This document shows positions 19,421 through 30,008 of a stretch of DNA of 63,912 nt, in pieces. This DNA is from Candidatus Babelota bacterium. Lineage in GTDB: Bacteria > Babelota > Babeliae > Babelales > UASB340. How positions within the stretch are numbered: position 1 is the stretch's first letter; each line of letters begins with the position of its first letter. The stretch is taken from positions 1-63,912 of the forward strand of contig WJIY01000043.1 in the NCBI GenBank assembly GCA_014730005.1, in the 5' to 3' direction. The translations under genes were made by a program, and so were the position numbers. A model generated the notes under the pieces. That model was not told the DNA's origin and did not search any database. It saw only the letters and a list, made by a program, of their open reading frames with translations.

Positions 19421-21851
19421 TTTTTTTCTCGATTTTGGATTTATTAATTTTTTTTGAATGAGATTTTTTAATTATTTTTTTAAATGGCGATATTTCAAAT
19501 GCATGTTTAACAACCTCATCAACATGTTCCACATAGAGAATTTTTAAAGATTTATCTAATTCATTTTTAAATTCTTTTATATCATTGGCATTTTCTTTTG
19601 GAACAATGACTTTTTTCATACCAAAACGAGTTGCTGCTAGAATTTTTTCTTTCAATCCACCAACTGCTAAAACCCGGCCTTGAAGAGTAATTTCCCCACT
19701 CATCGCAACTTTTTTTGTAACAGGTTTTTTTGTTAATGCCGATATAAGTGCGGTTGCCATTGTGATTCCTGCTGAAGGTCCATCTTTTGGAATTGCGCCT
19801 TCTGGAACATGGATATGAATATCAAGATTGGAATAAAAATTTTCTTTTAACCCAAAATCTTTTGCTCTTGATCTAATATAACTCATAGCAGCTTGGGCTG
19901 ATTCTTGCATAATCTCGCCTAATTGACCTGTTAAGGTTAAAGCGCCTTTTCCTTTTAATGCTGTTGTTTCAACTTCGAGTAAATCGCCTCCAACCTCGGT
20001 CCAAGCAAGCCCTGTAACAAGTCCGATTGTTTTATTATTTTTTCGTTCGGGTTTTTTGAATTTAGGAGCACCTAGCCAAGTTTCTATTTTTTCAGGTGTT
20101 ATTTTTATATTTTTAAGATTTTTATTTTCGAGTAATTCTTGAATGCTCTTGCGAAGCACAGTGGCTAGAACTCGTTCTAATTGTCTAACTCCTGCTTCTT
20201 TTGTATATTCTTCTAAAATTTTTTCTAAATTCGTATCAGATAAATCAATTTGAGATTCTTTTAACCCATGTTCTTTGAGTAATTTTGGAAGTAAAAAATC
20301 TTTTGCAATTTTTAATTTTTCAAATTGTGTATAGCCTGAAAGATTAATTATTTCCATTCTGTCTAGTAATGGATATGGAACATTATCTATTACGTTTGCT
20401 GTTGTTATAAACATTGTTTTTGAAAGATCATAATCAACTTCCAAAAAATAATCTGCAAAAGAATTATTTTGTTCTGGATCTAAAACCTCTAATAATGCAG
20501 ATGCTGGATCACCTCTAAAATCAGTAGCCATTTTGTCAACTTCATCAAGAACTATTACAGGATTTACAACTTTTGCTCGCTTCATTGCTTGAATAATTTT
20601 TCCAGGCATTGCGCCAATATACGTTTTCCTATGGCCTCGGATTTCTGCCTCATCACGCATTCCACCTAGTGAAATTCTAACTAAATTTCTTCCTAGAGCT
20701 TTTGCTACAGACATAGCTAGAGAAGTTTTTCCAACTCCTGGTGGACCTGCAAGACAAATGATAGGTGATTTTTTAAAGTTTTTACCAGCAAATTTTTTTG
20801 CAGCTAAAAATTCAATTATACGTTCTTTAGGTTTTTTCATTCCAGCATGAGAAGAATTAAGAATTTTTTCTGCCTCAACTAAGCTTATATTATCGTTAGT
20901 TGTTTTGTACCAAGGAACAGACATAATCCAATCTATATAATTTCTTGAAACAGTTGCTTCTGGAGAGCTTGGTTGCATTTGTTCTAATCGCTTGAGTTCT
21001 GTTTCAACTTTATTCATTGCTTGAGCAGGAAGTTTTAATTTTTTTGCTTTTTTTCGTAGATCATTAATTTCTTGATGATAATCTTCTTTTCCTAGTTCGC
21101 GTTGAATTGCTCTCATTTGTTCATTGAGATAATAATCTTTTTGGTTTTTTTCTATTTGACGTTGCACTCGTTTACGAATATTTTTTTCTACAGTTAGCAC
21201 TTCAATTTCTTTATTTACTAAAACACTTAAACGTAAAGCTCGTTGTTTTAGATCAGTTATTTCTAATAATTCTTGACGTTGATGAAAACCTATAGGAATT
21301 TGCACTGCTATTGTATCTATAAGATGATCCAAATCGTTTAATCCTTTGAACATAGATAAAAGATCAGGAGATATTTTTTCGTTTAAAGCTGTATATTCTT
21401 TAAAAAGATCATATAAATTTCTCCAGATGGCTTGATTTTCAATTGTATCTTCTAATGGGGGAGAAACAATATTTTGATAATATGCGCTTAAGAAGTTTGA
21501 TGTTTGCTCTATTTTATAAAATTTTGCTCTGTTTATACCTTCAATTAATAATTTATAACTGCCGTTTGGAAGTTTACCCATTTGCAATATTAATGCCCGC
21601 GTTCCTATTTGATAAATATCTTTTGATGTTGGAATTTCTATAGAATCGGATTTTTGAGCAGTTACAAAAATCTCCTTGGTTGCTTTAAAAGCATGTTCTA
21701 CTGCTTTAATTGAAATGTCTCTTCCTACAACAACAGGAAGGATGCTTTTGGGTAAGGCAACCATATTTTTCAGAGGTAGAATAGGAAGAATATTTAAATT
21801 TCCCTCAACGTTAGGTTCTTGAATTTTATTGTTTTTATTTGTTACTTCCAT
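19416..21851 (-). CDS. lon: ATP-dependent Lon protease
   Basis: Lon N domain, [22 protein letters not shown] catalytic Ser, VGGLKEK. Confidence 0.97.
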   Translation of the reverse strand: MEVTNKNNKIQEPNVEGNLNILPILPLKNMVALPKSILPVVVGRDISIKAVEHAFKATKEIFVTAQKSDSIEIPTSKDIYQIGTRALILQMGKLPNGSYKLLIEGINRAKFYKIEQTSNFLSAYYQNIVSPPLEDTIENQAIWRNLYDLFKEYTALNEKISPDLLSMFKGLNDLDHLIDTIAVQIPIGFHQRQELLEITDLKQRALRLSVLVNKEIEVLTVEKNIRKRVQRQIEKNQKDYYLNEQMRAIQRELGKEDYHQEINDLRKKAKKLKLPAQAMNKVETELKRLEQMQPSSPEATVSRNYIDWIMSVPWYKTTNDNISLVEAEKILNSSHAGMKKPKERIIEFLAAKKFAGKNFKKSPIICLAGPPGVGKTSLAMSVAKALGRNLVRISLGGMRDEAEIRGHRKTYIGAMPGKIIQAMKRAKVVNPVIVLDEVDKMATDFRGDPASALLEVLDPEQNNSFADYFLEVDYDLSKTMFITTANVIDNVPYPLLDRMEIINLSGYTQFEKLKIAKDFLLPKLLKEHGLKESQIDLSDTNLEKILEEYTKEAGVRQLERVLATVLRKSIQELLENKNLKNIKITPEKIETWLGAPKFKKPERKNNKTIGLVTGLAWTEVGGDLLEVETTALKGKGALTLTGQLGEIMQESAQAAMSYIRSRAKDFGLKENFYSNLDIHIHVPEGAIPKDGPSAGITMATALISALTKKPVTKKVAMSGEITLQGRVLAVGGLKEKILAATRFGMKKVIVPKENANDIKEFKNELDKSLKILYVEHVDEVVKHAFEISPFKKIIKKSHSKKINKSKIEKKI

Positions 21852-22243
21852 GAATTCCTTGTTTTATAAAATTTTTAATTTAATTTTTTACTTTTTTTAC
21901 TTTAGATTTAGTTAATTTTTTTGTAAAAATCGCCAAGTTATAATCATTAATAGTATTAGTATTTTTTGAATTATTAAACAACCTCCATGTTTTTAGGTTT
22001 TATAATTTGGTAATAGTTATTTCTCTTAGATATTTTAAGGCAAATTAGGCTTTTCTGCAAGGAAATCTATTTGTTTAAATTAATGCAAAAATATGTTTTT
22101 TTTTGCATAAAAGCTTAATTTTTAGACTTTCAATATTGCTTTTTACTGTTTTCAATTGACTTTTTAAGTTCTCCTTTTATATTCAATTATGAGAAAGTAA
22201 TCAAAAATATTGTATTTTTTAGCCTAAAATTAGGAATAAATTA

Positions 22244-23650
22244 ATGCAGTCTCAATTTATAGAAAATATCAAATCGCTCTGGTATATTAAAAAAGAATTT
22301 CGTCTTAAGGTATTTTTTCTTTCATTTACATTTTTATTAATGATGGCGTGTCTGGCTATTTGGAGACCTTTAAAGGTTTCGATTTTCGCAAAATTAGTGG
22401 GATCTGAATTTGTTCCTGATGCAAAATTGTATTCATTATTTTTCTTAGTTCCGTTAATTATTTTTTACTCAAAATTAGTAGATTGGCTAAGAAGACATCA
22501 GTTACTTTATTGTTTTGCCTTATTTCATGGCGTTGGGGGAATTGTTTTTTATTATTTATTAGCACATCCTGTGTACGGAATAGCTAATACAGATACTAGT
22601 CCAACCAGATTAACTGGTTGGTTTTTTTATTTTTTTATGGAGAGTTTTAATGCTTTTTTATCAACAGTTTTTTGGTCTTTTGCAGATTCTGTTAATAATC
22701 CCAAAGATGCTAAAAATTATTATGGTTTTTTTGTTTCAGGTTCCAAAATGGGAAGCATTATTTCAGCTGGAACTTTATACTTAACAATCACATATTTTAA
22801 TGGTGGTGTGAAAGATTCAGTTCTTTTGCCTAATTCTCTTTTAATAGGAAGTTTTTTATTATTTGGTGCTGCGCTTTCAATTTATTTATTAATTAAGATG
22901 GTTCCTGGTTATTATATGCATGGTTATGAAGCTGCATATCAGATTGAAAAAAAGAAGCAACGAGAAAAAAAAAGTTTGCTTGAGACTTTTAAAGGATCAA
23001 TTGAGGGATTATTGATTATTATTAAAAATCCCTATGTTTTGGGCATTTTTGCAATTATAATATTTTATGAAATTATAATTGTAATTTATGATTACAGAGT
23101 ATTAAGATTTGCTGATTCTGTGTATAAAACAGCTGGTAGTTTGACAGCATATTATGCTTTATATTATTTATTAATGAATTTTGTTGGATTGATAATTTCA
23201 TTTTTTGGAACAACTCCAATATTACGCGTTTTAGGAATACGCATTTCCTTATTTATTTTTCCTATTATATGTACTGTTGTTATTTTTACAACAATATTAT
23301 TTCCGTCATCGATTGTTTTTTTAGGTGCTTTAATTTTGCTTCGTGCTATAAATTATGCATTTAATCACCCAACTAGAGAGGTTTTATACATACCAACAAA
23401 TAAAGATATTAAGTTTAAAGCAAAAGCATGGACAGATGCCTTTGGTTCCAGGATAGCTAAGGGAATGGGTTCAGCATTTAATATTTCACTAAAAGGAGCT
23501 TCTCCTTTTTTTGCATTGATGACAAGTCTTTCTTTTAGTTTGGGATTGAGTTTTGCTTGGATTGTAGTTGTTTATTTTCTAGGAAAAACTTTACAACAAA
23601 CGATTGACACCAAAAGTGTGATAGGTGAAGAACAAAAAACTGAATCTTAA
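22244..23650 (+). CDS. Npt1/Npt2 (TLC) family nucleotide (ATP/ADP) transporter
   Basis: RPLKVSIF, FWSFADSV, RAINYAFNHPTREVLYIP, KFKAKAWTD; about 12 TM. Confidence 0.88.
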   Translation: MQSQFIENIKSLWYIKKEFRLKVFFLSFTFLLMMACLAIWRPLKVSIFAKLVGSEFVPDAKLYSLFFLVPLIIFYSKLVDWLRRHQLLYCFALFHGVGGIVFYYLLAHPVYGIANTDTSPTRLTGWFFYFFMESFNAFLSTVFWSFADSVNNPKDAKNYYGFFVSGSKMGSIISAGTLYLTITYFNGGVKDSVLLPNSLLIGSFLLFGAALSIYLLIKMVPGYYMHGYEAAYQIEKKKQREKKSLLETFKGSIEGLLIIIKNPYVLGIFAIIIFYEIIIVIYDYRVLRFADSVYKTAGSLTAYYALYYLLMNFVGLIISFFGTTPILRVLGIRISLFIFPIICTVVIFTTILFPSSIVFLGALILLRAINYAFNHPTREVLYIPTNKDIKFKAKAWTDAFGSRIAKGMGSAFNISLKGASPFFALMTSLSFSLGLSFAWIVVVYFLGKTLQQTIDTKSVIGEEQKTES

Positions 23651-23719
23651 TTATTTCGATATTTTTAAATTGATAATTTCTACTTTTTTGTTAATCAAAA
23701 ATAAAATTAAGGATAGCTT

Positions 23720-25102
23720 GTGATGCAAAAAGTTAAATTTTTGCATACTATTTTTGTTTTAAGAAAACAAGATCAAGCAGGGATTTATTACAATTTCATC
23801 AAACAGATTCTTTTAGGCATTACTTTTTTCTTTATTATCGCGACTTATTCAGTTATCCGTCCACTAAAAACAGCTGTATTTTTGGGGATGGTTGGTAAAG
23901 AATTTGTGCCGATAGCAAAAATTGTATCAATCATTATTTTATTTCCATGTTTAATTTTTTATGCAAGATTAGTCGATAAGCTCAAACGATATCAGGTTAT
24001 GTGCTTTTTTTTGTTTTTTTATGTGGTAGCTTTGCTAATTACATCAATTATATTATTGCATCCAACAATTGGACTTAGCAATTCTGAAACTAATCAATAT
24101 AGAATTTTTGGTTGGATATTTTATCTACTAATTGATTTGTTTTCTCCTTTGGTAGTTGCAACCTTTTGGGCATTTTCAAATTCAATTAATAATCCCGAAG
24201 ATGCAAAAACAAATTATGGCAGAATTGTTGCATTTTCTAGAATTGGTGGAATATTTTCAACCTTTTTTTGTTGGCTTATTATTAAGAAAACATCTTTTTC
24301 TTTTGTATATACTATTCCTGCAATGTTAATTTGCATATCAGTTTTTTTAGTTTGTGCTACTTTTTGTATCACTAGGATAATCAAAAAAATTCCTAAGGAA
24401 TTTTTGCGGGGATATGAAGCAGTTTATTTAGCTGAAAAAAATAGAAAGAAGGAGCAAGGAGGTTTATGGAGCGGATTAAAATTTATAATTACTCAACCAT
24501 ATGTATTTGGAATATTTGGTATTGTTTATATTTACGAAGTAATTTCAATTCTTACTGATTATCAAATGCAAGTTTTAATGTCTATTCAGGCTAAAAATAT
24601 GATTAGTGATATGACTGCATTCATGTTTATGTATACAATGTCATTTCAGTTAGTTGGATTATTTTTTGCATTTTTTGGAACAGGATGGTTATTAAAAAAA
24701 ATTGGTGTTAGCCTTAGTCTTTTCATCATGCCTATATCAATTATTATTTTCATGTTTATACTTTTTAATTTTCCTTCGTTGAATATTATTTTTGTAATAA
24801 TGGTATTATTACGTGCTTTAAATTATGGCTTTAATGCTCCGGTTAAAGAAATTTTATATATACCAACAATAAGAGAAATAAAATTTAAATCAAAAGCTTG
24901 GATAGATTCTTTGGGTAAATCTTTATCAAAAACATCTGGTTCAACTTTTTCTTTTATTGCATATACAAATAATTATTTGCGTCTTATCAGGATGAATTCA
25001 ATAATTGTTTTATTATTTTCTTTTATTTGGATTTTTATTGTCTTTGGTTTAGGTAAAAAATACACAAAAACTATAAAATGTGATCAAGTTATTGGTAGAT
25101 AG
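23720..25102 (+). CDS. Npt1/Npt2 (TLC) family nucleotide transporter, second paralog
   Basis: RPLKTAVF, FWAFSNSI, RALNYGFNAPVKEILYIP, KFKSKAWID. Confidence 0.88.
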   Translation: MMQKVKFLHTIFVLRKQDQAGIYYNFIKQILLGITFFFIIATYSVIRPLKTAVFLGMVGKEFVPIAKIVSIIILFPCLIFYARLVDKLKRYQVMCFFLFFYVVALLITSIILLHPTIGLSNSETNQYRIFGWIFYLLIDLFSPLVVATFWAFSNSINNPEDAKTNYGRIVAFSRIGGIFSTFFCWLIIKKTSFSFVYTIPAMLICISVFLVCATFCITRIIKKIPKEFLRGYEAVYLAEKNRKKEQGGLWSGLKFIITQPYVFGIFGIVYIYEVISILTDYQMQVLMSIQAKNMISDMTAFMFMYTMSFQLVGLFFAFFGTGWLLKKIGVSLSLFIMPISIIIFMFILFNFPSLNIIFVIMVLLRALNYGFNAPVKEILYIPTIREIKFKSKAWIDSLGKSLSKTSGSTFSFIAYTNNYLRLIRMNSIIVLLFSFIWIFIVFGLGKKYTKTIKCDQVIGR

Positions 25103-25189
25103 ATTGAAAAACTGAATTTTTTTTGAGTATTTAAACTTGAATTTTACGGCATTTTTGGTATGTTTTTTATAGTTAAATGTCGTTGAATC

Positions 25190-25253
25190 TTGCTTTTCAT
25201 TATAGGTGGTAAAGTTGTTGTCTATATATAAAGACCAGATACCTGAAAAGCAA
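25190..25253 (+). promoter_or_regulatory. Putative structured rpsB 5' leader
   Basis: TTGCTTTTCA (25190-25199) pairs with TGAAAAGCAA (25244-25253), with inner AGGT/ACCT and GTCT/AGAC pairings, 27 nt before the rpsB ATG. Confidence 0.45.
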
Positions 25254-25280
25254 TTGTTATAACCTAAAAAGGATAATCAA

Positions 25281-26285
25281 ATGATCGATTTAAAAGATAT
25301 GCTTAAAGCTGGTATTCATTTTGGACATAAAAGTTCTAGATGGTCTCCTAAGATGCGACCATTTATATGGGGAGAAAAAAATAAAATTCATTTAATCAAT
25401 GTTGCAAAAACAGCCTTTTTAATGGAACGAGTAGGAAAATATTTAAATAATTTAGCTGCTGATGGAAAATCTGTATTGTGGGTTGGTACAAAAAAACCTG
25501 CTCAATCAATAATTAAGCAAGCATCTATTGAAACAAAGATGCCTTTTGTTATAAATAGATGGATTGGTGGTACTTTAACAAACTTCAATCAAATCAAAAA
25601 AGCTATAACAAGATTATTACATCTTAGAGATATACTAAAAAAACCGTCTGCTTTATACAAGAAAAAAGAACTCAGCATGATTCAAAAAGAAGTTGAAAGA
25701 TTAGAAAAAAATATTGGTGGTATAATTGATTTGGATTTTCCACCTGCGGCAGTGATTGTTGTTGATGCTAAAAAAGAAAATTCTGCTGTTAAAGAAGCAA
25801 TAAGCGCAAATATTCCTGTTGTTGCTATGGTTGATACTAATACGGATCCAACAGGAATAAATTTTATTATTCCTGCAAATGATGATTCTCCTCGTTCAAT
25901 TGAATTTGTAATACATTATTTGTCTTCTTGCATTCAAGATGGTAAAAAATTATATAACGAAACAAAAAAGGAAGAATTAACTCGAAGTAAGACGGTGCAA
26001 GAAACTTCAAATAATAATACAATTGAACAAAAAAAAATTGATACGAAAATAAAAGCTAAAACCAAAACTCTTCCTTCGACTCCAACTGAAAAAACTGCAA
26101 AAAATGCGACTAAAGTTTCTTTGAAGGAGGAGATTGATAAAGAAAAAAAAGAGTCAAAAGAAGAAATTGAAAAAGTTAAAAAAAATGCTTCTAGTTCTGT
26201 TACAAAAAAGATCACACCAAAGAAGAGTGAAGATAACAAAAAAACTAACACTACAAAAAAAACTGTAAGTAAAAAAAACAAATAA
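25281..26285 (+). CDS. rpsB: 30S ribosomal protein S2 with Lys/Thr-rich C-terminal extension
   Basis: AGIHFGH, RWIGGTLTN, VDTNTDP, IPANDD. Confidence 0.97.
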   Translation: MIDLKDMLKAGIHFGHKSSRWSPKMRPFIWGEKNKIHLINVAKTAFLMERVGKYLNNLAADGKSVLWVGTKKPAQSIIKQASIETKMPFVINRWIGGTLTNFNQIKKAITRLLHLRDILKKPSALYKKKELSMIQKEVERLEKNIGGIIDLDFPPAAVIVVDAKKENSAVKEAISANIPVVAMVDTNTDPTGINFIIPANDDSPRSIEFVIHYLSSCIQDGKKLYNETKKEELTRSKTVQETSNNNTIEQKKIDTKIKAKTKTLPSTPTEKTAKNATKVSLKEEIDKEKKESKEEIEKVKKNASSSVTKKITPKKSEDNKKTNTTKKTVSKKNK

Positions 26286-26287
26286 TT

Positions 26288-26379
26288 GGAGAGATGGCTG
26301 AGTGGTCGAAAGCGCACGATTGGAAATCGTGTATGTCCCGAGAGGGGCATCGAGGGTTCGAATCCCTCTCTCTCCGCCA
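26288..26379 (+). tRNA. tRNA-Ser(GGA)
   Basis: GGAGAGA/TCTCTCC acceptor, CACGA-TTGGAAA-TCGTG anticodon arm, long variable arm, GTTCGAATCC, encoded CCA. Confidence 0.97.
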
Positions 26380-26514
26380 TTATGTTTTAAAAATATTTGA
26401 AAAATAATTGATATTTATTTGAAATTCATGTAAATTTCTAATTTTAGATTATATAGCAGGTACTTGTTTAGTTATTAATAAATTAAATCAAGTTTAAGGT
26501 TTTGTTATAAATTT

Positions 26515-26598
26515 GAGGAAAGGTAAGTTGATAAGTCACTAAATTCGTCAGGTCCGGAAGGAAGCAGCGAAAGTGATTTTGTCACTGTACTTTTCCTC
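26515..26598 (+). ncRNA. ffs: Small bacterial signal recognition particle RNA (4.5S)
   Basis: Core TCAGGTCCGGAAGGAAGCAGC; terminal pairing GAGGAAAGGTA/TACTTTTCCTC; T-run downstream. Confidence 0.93.
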
Positions 26599-26673
26599 TT
26601 TTTTTAGAGTTTCAAAGTTTTAATCCTTTTTTTTATAATTTTTCTTTAAATTTTTTTTGCTTATTTTGCAAAA

Positions 26674-27957
26674 TTAAATTTCAGCAATGCCTTGATAAAT
26701 GTTTGGATTTATGATTTTTATATTTATAAGTTTTTTTAATATAAAAGTAAGATTAAGTGTTTCTTGTAGTGTAATTTTATTTAATTTTATTTTTTCCAAG
26801 TTTGCATTATGAAGTTTTGTATTGGTCAGGTTGGCATTAGTTAAATCTGCGTTGGTTAAATTGACATTAGTTAAATTTGCGTTGGTTAAATCGGCATTAC
26901 TTAAATCGGCATTACTTAAATCGGCATTACTTAAATCTGTGTAAGATAGGTTGGCGTTGTATAAATTTGCATTTTTCAAATTTGCATAACTAAAATTGGA
27001 TCTGTTTAATTGAGCATTTTTAAAACTTGCATTTTTAAGTTTTGCCTTTTTAAACGATGCTAATCCCATCGAGGTATTATTTAAATTTGTTTTTGTTAAT
27101 TTGGCATTATCAAAAATTGAAAAACAGCCAGAACTTTTGCTCATGTCACAATACGCTAAAATGCAGTTACTAAAATTTGCATTTGTTAAATCAGATTCAG
27201 ATATGTGTGCTCTGGTTAAATTTGCAAAGCTGAAATTCGTATCCATGAGATTACATTCATTTAAATTTGCCCTTGTTAAAATGGCGTTTTGTAGTTTTGC
27301 AAACGCTAGATTTGAACATTGAAATGTTGTATAACTTAAATTTGAATTAGATAAATTTATACCTATGAGAATAGATCCTGGTATATAAAAACCTTCAAGA
27401 TCAAGATTTGATAGATTTATATGACTTAAATCACTAAATGGATAATTAAGATTTCTTAGATCTATTTCTTTTATTTTTAAATAGATTGCTGTGATACATT
27501 CATTTAATTCATTAAGTTTGGTTGAATAAAAATTATATTGTTGAATCAAAAGTTCCTTTTTTTTATTTATATGTTCTATTATTTGTTGAAAAAGATTGCA
27601 ATTTTCATTTGGAGTAAAATCAATAAAACATTCATATGTTATGATTATATTATTTAGTTGCTGAGGTTTTTTTTTATTAATTTTTGATGTTTTTTCTGTG
27701 ATTTGATTTAATTTTTCTTTTTGTATTTCTATGTTACAGATTTTTGCTTCCAGTTCAATTTTTGTTTTTTCTTTAGGAACTAATTGTGAAAATAAAGAAT
27801 CTATATTTATAGATTGTTTATCTAAAAATTTTAAATTCTGATTTTTTATTTGTGAATTGTTGCGATTTCTCTCAATGGGATTAAATTTTAATTGTTTTAT
27901 ACATATTACTAACAGTACTAAAAAAAAATATATACTTTTGGTTTTGAATGCTTTCAT
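26674..27957 (-). CDS. Pentapeptide repeat protein with N-terminal membrane anchor/signal
   Basis: Long A(D/N)LxN repeats (NADLSNADLSNADLTNANLT); hydrophobic N-terminus. Confidence 0.9.
   Translation of the reverse strand: MKAFKTKSIYFFLVLLVICIKQLKFNPIERNRNNSQIKNQNLKFLDKQSINIDSLFSQLVPKEKTKIELEAKICNIEIQKEKLNQITEKTSKINKKKPQQLNNIIITYECFIDFTPNENCNLFQQIIEHINKKKELLIQQYNFYSTKLNELNECITAIYLKIKEIDLRNLNYPFSDLSHINLSNLDLEGFYIPGSILIGINLSNSNLSYTTFQCSNLAFAKLQNAILTRANLNECNLMDTNFSFANLTRAHISESDLTNANFSNCILAYCDMSKSSGCFSIFDNAKLTKTNLNNTSMGLASFKKAKLKNASFKNAQLNRSNFSYANLKNANLYNANLSYTDLSNADLSNADLSNADLTNANLTNVNLTNADLTNANLTNTKLHNANLEKIKLNKITLQETLNLTFILKKLINIKIINPNIYQGIAEI
26886..26937. repeat. Perfect 15-bp tandem repeat x3.5 within the pentapeptide gene
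   Basis: TTAAATCGGCATTAC at 26886, 26901, 26916, partial copy at 26931. Confidence 0.9.
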
Positions 27958-28264
27958 ATTTAATTTTTTTATTTTTAAAAATTTTGCAAAACAATATTAT
28001 TAAACTAAAATTACAATATATGTATTAATTTTGTTAATAAAAAAAATAAATTTATTTTTAATCATAATAGATGTGTGGGTTTAAGTTGTGCATGTAGATG
28101 AGATTGTAAGAGGGTTTTTATAGGTGCATACTAATTATTTATTTTTAAGATTTTTGGTTATATTTAATTTATTAAATTAAGTTCTTTTTGTTATTATTTA
28201 ATGTTATAATATTAATACAAATTTGTGATAATAAAATTAGAAATAAGATATATTTTGAATTACA

Positions 28265-29986
28265 ATGAACATAGATTTAAATCTTGCACGCAAATGGCGT
28301 CCTAAAAATTTTGAACAAATCATAGGTCAAAAAATTCCAGTCAAAATTCTGCAAAACAGTTTATTTTTAAAAAAATTATTTCCAGTTTATCTTTTTGCTG
28401 GTCAACGGGGTTGTGGTAAAACAACCACAGCCAGAGTCTTTGGTGCCGCTGTTAATTGTAAAAAACTAAATGCTTTTCAGAAAAATCCAACGGAGTTTAA
28501 AATTCCATGTCTAAAATGTGAATCTTGCTTTGCAATGTTACAGACAAATCATCCAGATTTCATAGAAATTGATGCGGCTTCTCATACAGGAGTTGAAAAT
28601 GTACGCCAAATACTGGAGTCTTGTTCTTACATGCCTATTTTGGGTAAAAAAAAAATTTATTTAATTGATGAAGCTCACATGCTTAGTAAAGCAGCATTTA
28701 ATGCTTTTTTAAAAGTTTTAGAAGAACCTCCATCGAATGTTTTATTTATTTTGGCAACAACTGAAAAGCAAAAGTTTCCGGAAACGGTTCTTTCGCGGTG
28801 TTTTCAGGTTATTTTTAAACTTGTTAGTAATCTTGATTTGGAAAAGCATTTAAAAAATATATGTATAAGAGAAAAAATTGTAATAGATCCAGACGCAATA
28901 CAACTTATAGTACAGGATACTGAAGGTTCTGTAAGAGATGCCATAAATTTGCTTGAACGAGTTCGTTTTTCTTCTGAGAAAATAACTGCCAAAATGGTAT
29001 TAAATGTTTTAGGAAAGATTAGTGAAAAGGAATTAATTGAATTATTTGAAATTTTGTTAAATCAGAAAACTCAAAAATTGATTGATAAGTTTAATTCAAA
29101 TGAATTTCAAGATATAGATCCTTCAATTTTATGGTCTAACCTTATTAAATTTTGTAGAGCTTTAATTTGGATAAAGTTTCAGGCGAAACAACTTCCAAAT
29201 CATTTTTCTGATCTTTCTACATTAAAACAAATGGCAGATAAATGTTCTGTAAATAGAATTCATGCTATTTTACAGTTATTTTGGACACAAGAAAGTATAT
29301 TTTTAAGGACCCCACATAAAAGAATTTTTTTGGAAACCGTATTATTACAAGTTTGTAATCAAACAAACATTGCTGATTTAGATGAATTACTAAAAAATAT
29401 TAATAATTTTAAAACAAACCGGGAAAATGTAGATTCTTCATCTTTAAAAAAAGAAACAAAAAAATCTAATTCTTTGTCTAAAAAAGGTTTTGAATCATAT
29501 AGTGATATACCTGGTTACAAGTCTAAAACTGAAGTTTATACAAAAAATGAAATTAATGGTTATTCAGATTGGAGTAATTTTTTAAAAAAAATATCAAAAC
29601 TTAAGGATCCATTATTATTTTCGATTTTAAATCAAGCAAATTTTTTAGGCAAAAATGCTCAAGATAAAGTTGTAAAAATTGCTTTAAATAATAATAGTTC
29701 ATTTTTTAAAGACAAAATATTAGATAGTAAAAATTTATGGTTATCAGCTTTACAAGAAACATTTCCAGACTTTACAGGTTTTGATTTTATTTCTATAAAA
29801 AATAATGAATCCTTAACCCAAAATAACCCAAATTCATCAACTACAAAGAGAAATACATTCAATTTCAGTTTAAAATATAGCAAAAATTTTGTTGATATTT
29901 CAGATAGAGATAAATGGCCAAAAGCCAACTTGATAACGAAATATTTTCCGGGTAAGATTAAATTAGTTAGAAAATTGATATCTTAA
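28265..29986 (+). CDS. dnaX: DNA polymerase III subunit gamma/tau
   Basis: LARKWRP, GQRGCGKTT, EIDAAS, IDEAHML, LEEPP, SRC. Confidence 0.95.
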   Translation: MNIDLNLARKWRPKNFEQIIGQKIPVKILQNSLFLKKLFPVYLFAGQRGCGKTTTARVFGAAVNCKKLNAFQKNPTEFKIPCLKCESCFAMLQTNHPDFIEIDAASHTGVENVRQILESCSYMPILGKKKIYLIDEAHMLSKAAFNAFLKVLEEPPSNVLFILATTEKQKFPETVLSRCFQVIFKLVSNLDLEKHLKNICIREKIVIDPDAIQLIVQDTEGSVRDAINLLERVRFSSEKITAKMVLNVLGKISEKELIELFEILLNQKTQKLIDKFNSNEFQDIDPSILWSNLIKFCRALIWIKFQAKQLPNHFSDLSTLKQMADKCSVNRIHAILQLFWTQESIFLRTPHKRIFLETVLLQVCNQTNIADLDELLKNINNFKTNRENVDSSSLKKETKKSNSLSKKGFESYSDIPGYKSKTEVYTKNEINGYSDWSNFLKKISKLKDPLLFSILNQANFLGKNAQDKVVKIALNNNSSFFKDKILDSKNLWLSALQETFPDFTGFDFISIKNNESLTQNNPNSSTTKRNTFNFSLKYSKNFVDISDRDKWPKANLITKYFPGKIKLVRKLIS

Positions 29987-30008
29987 TAAAGTATAACGAT
30001 CATAAATT

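Noticed and set aside
25934..26380. 148-aa minus-strand ORF starting MAEREGFEPS
   Set aside because: Antisense shadow of tRNA-Ser and the rpsB tail, a classic spurious ORF
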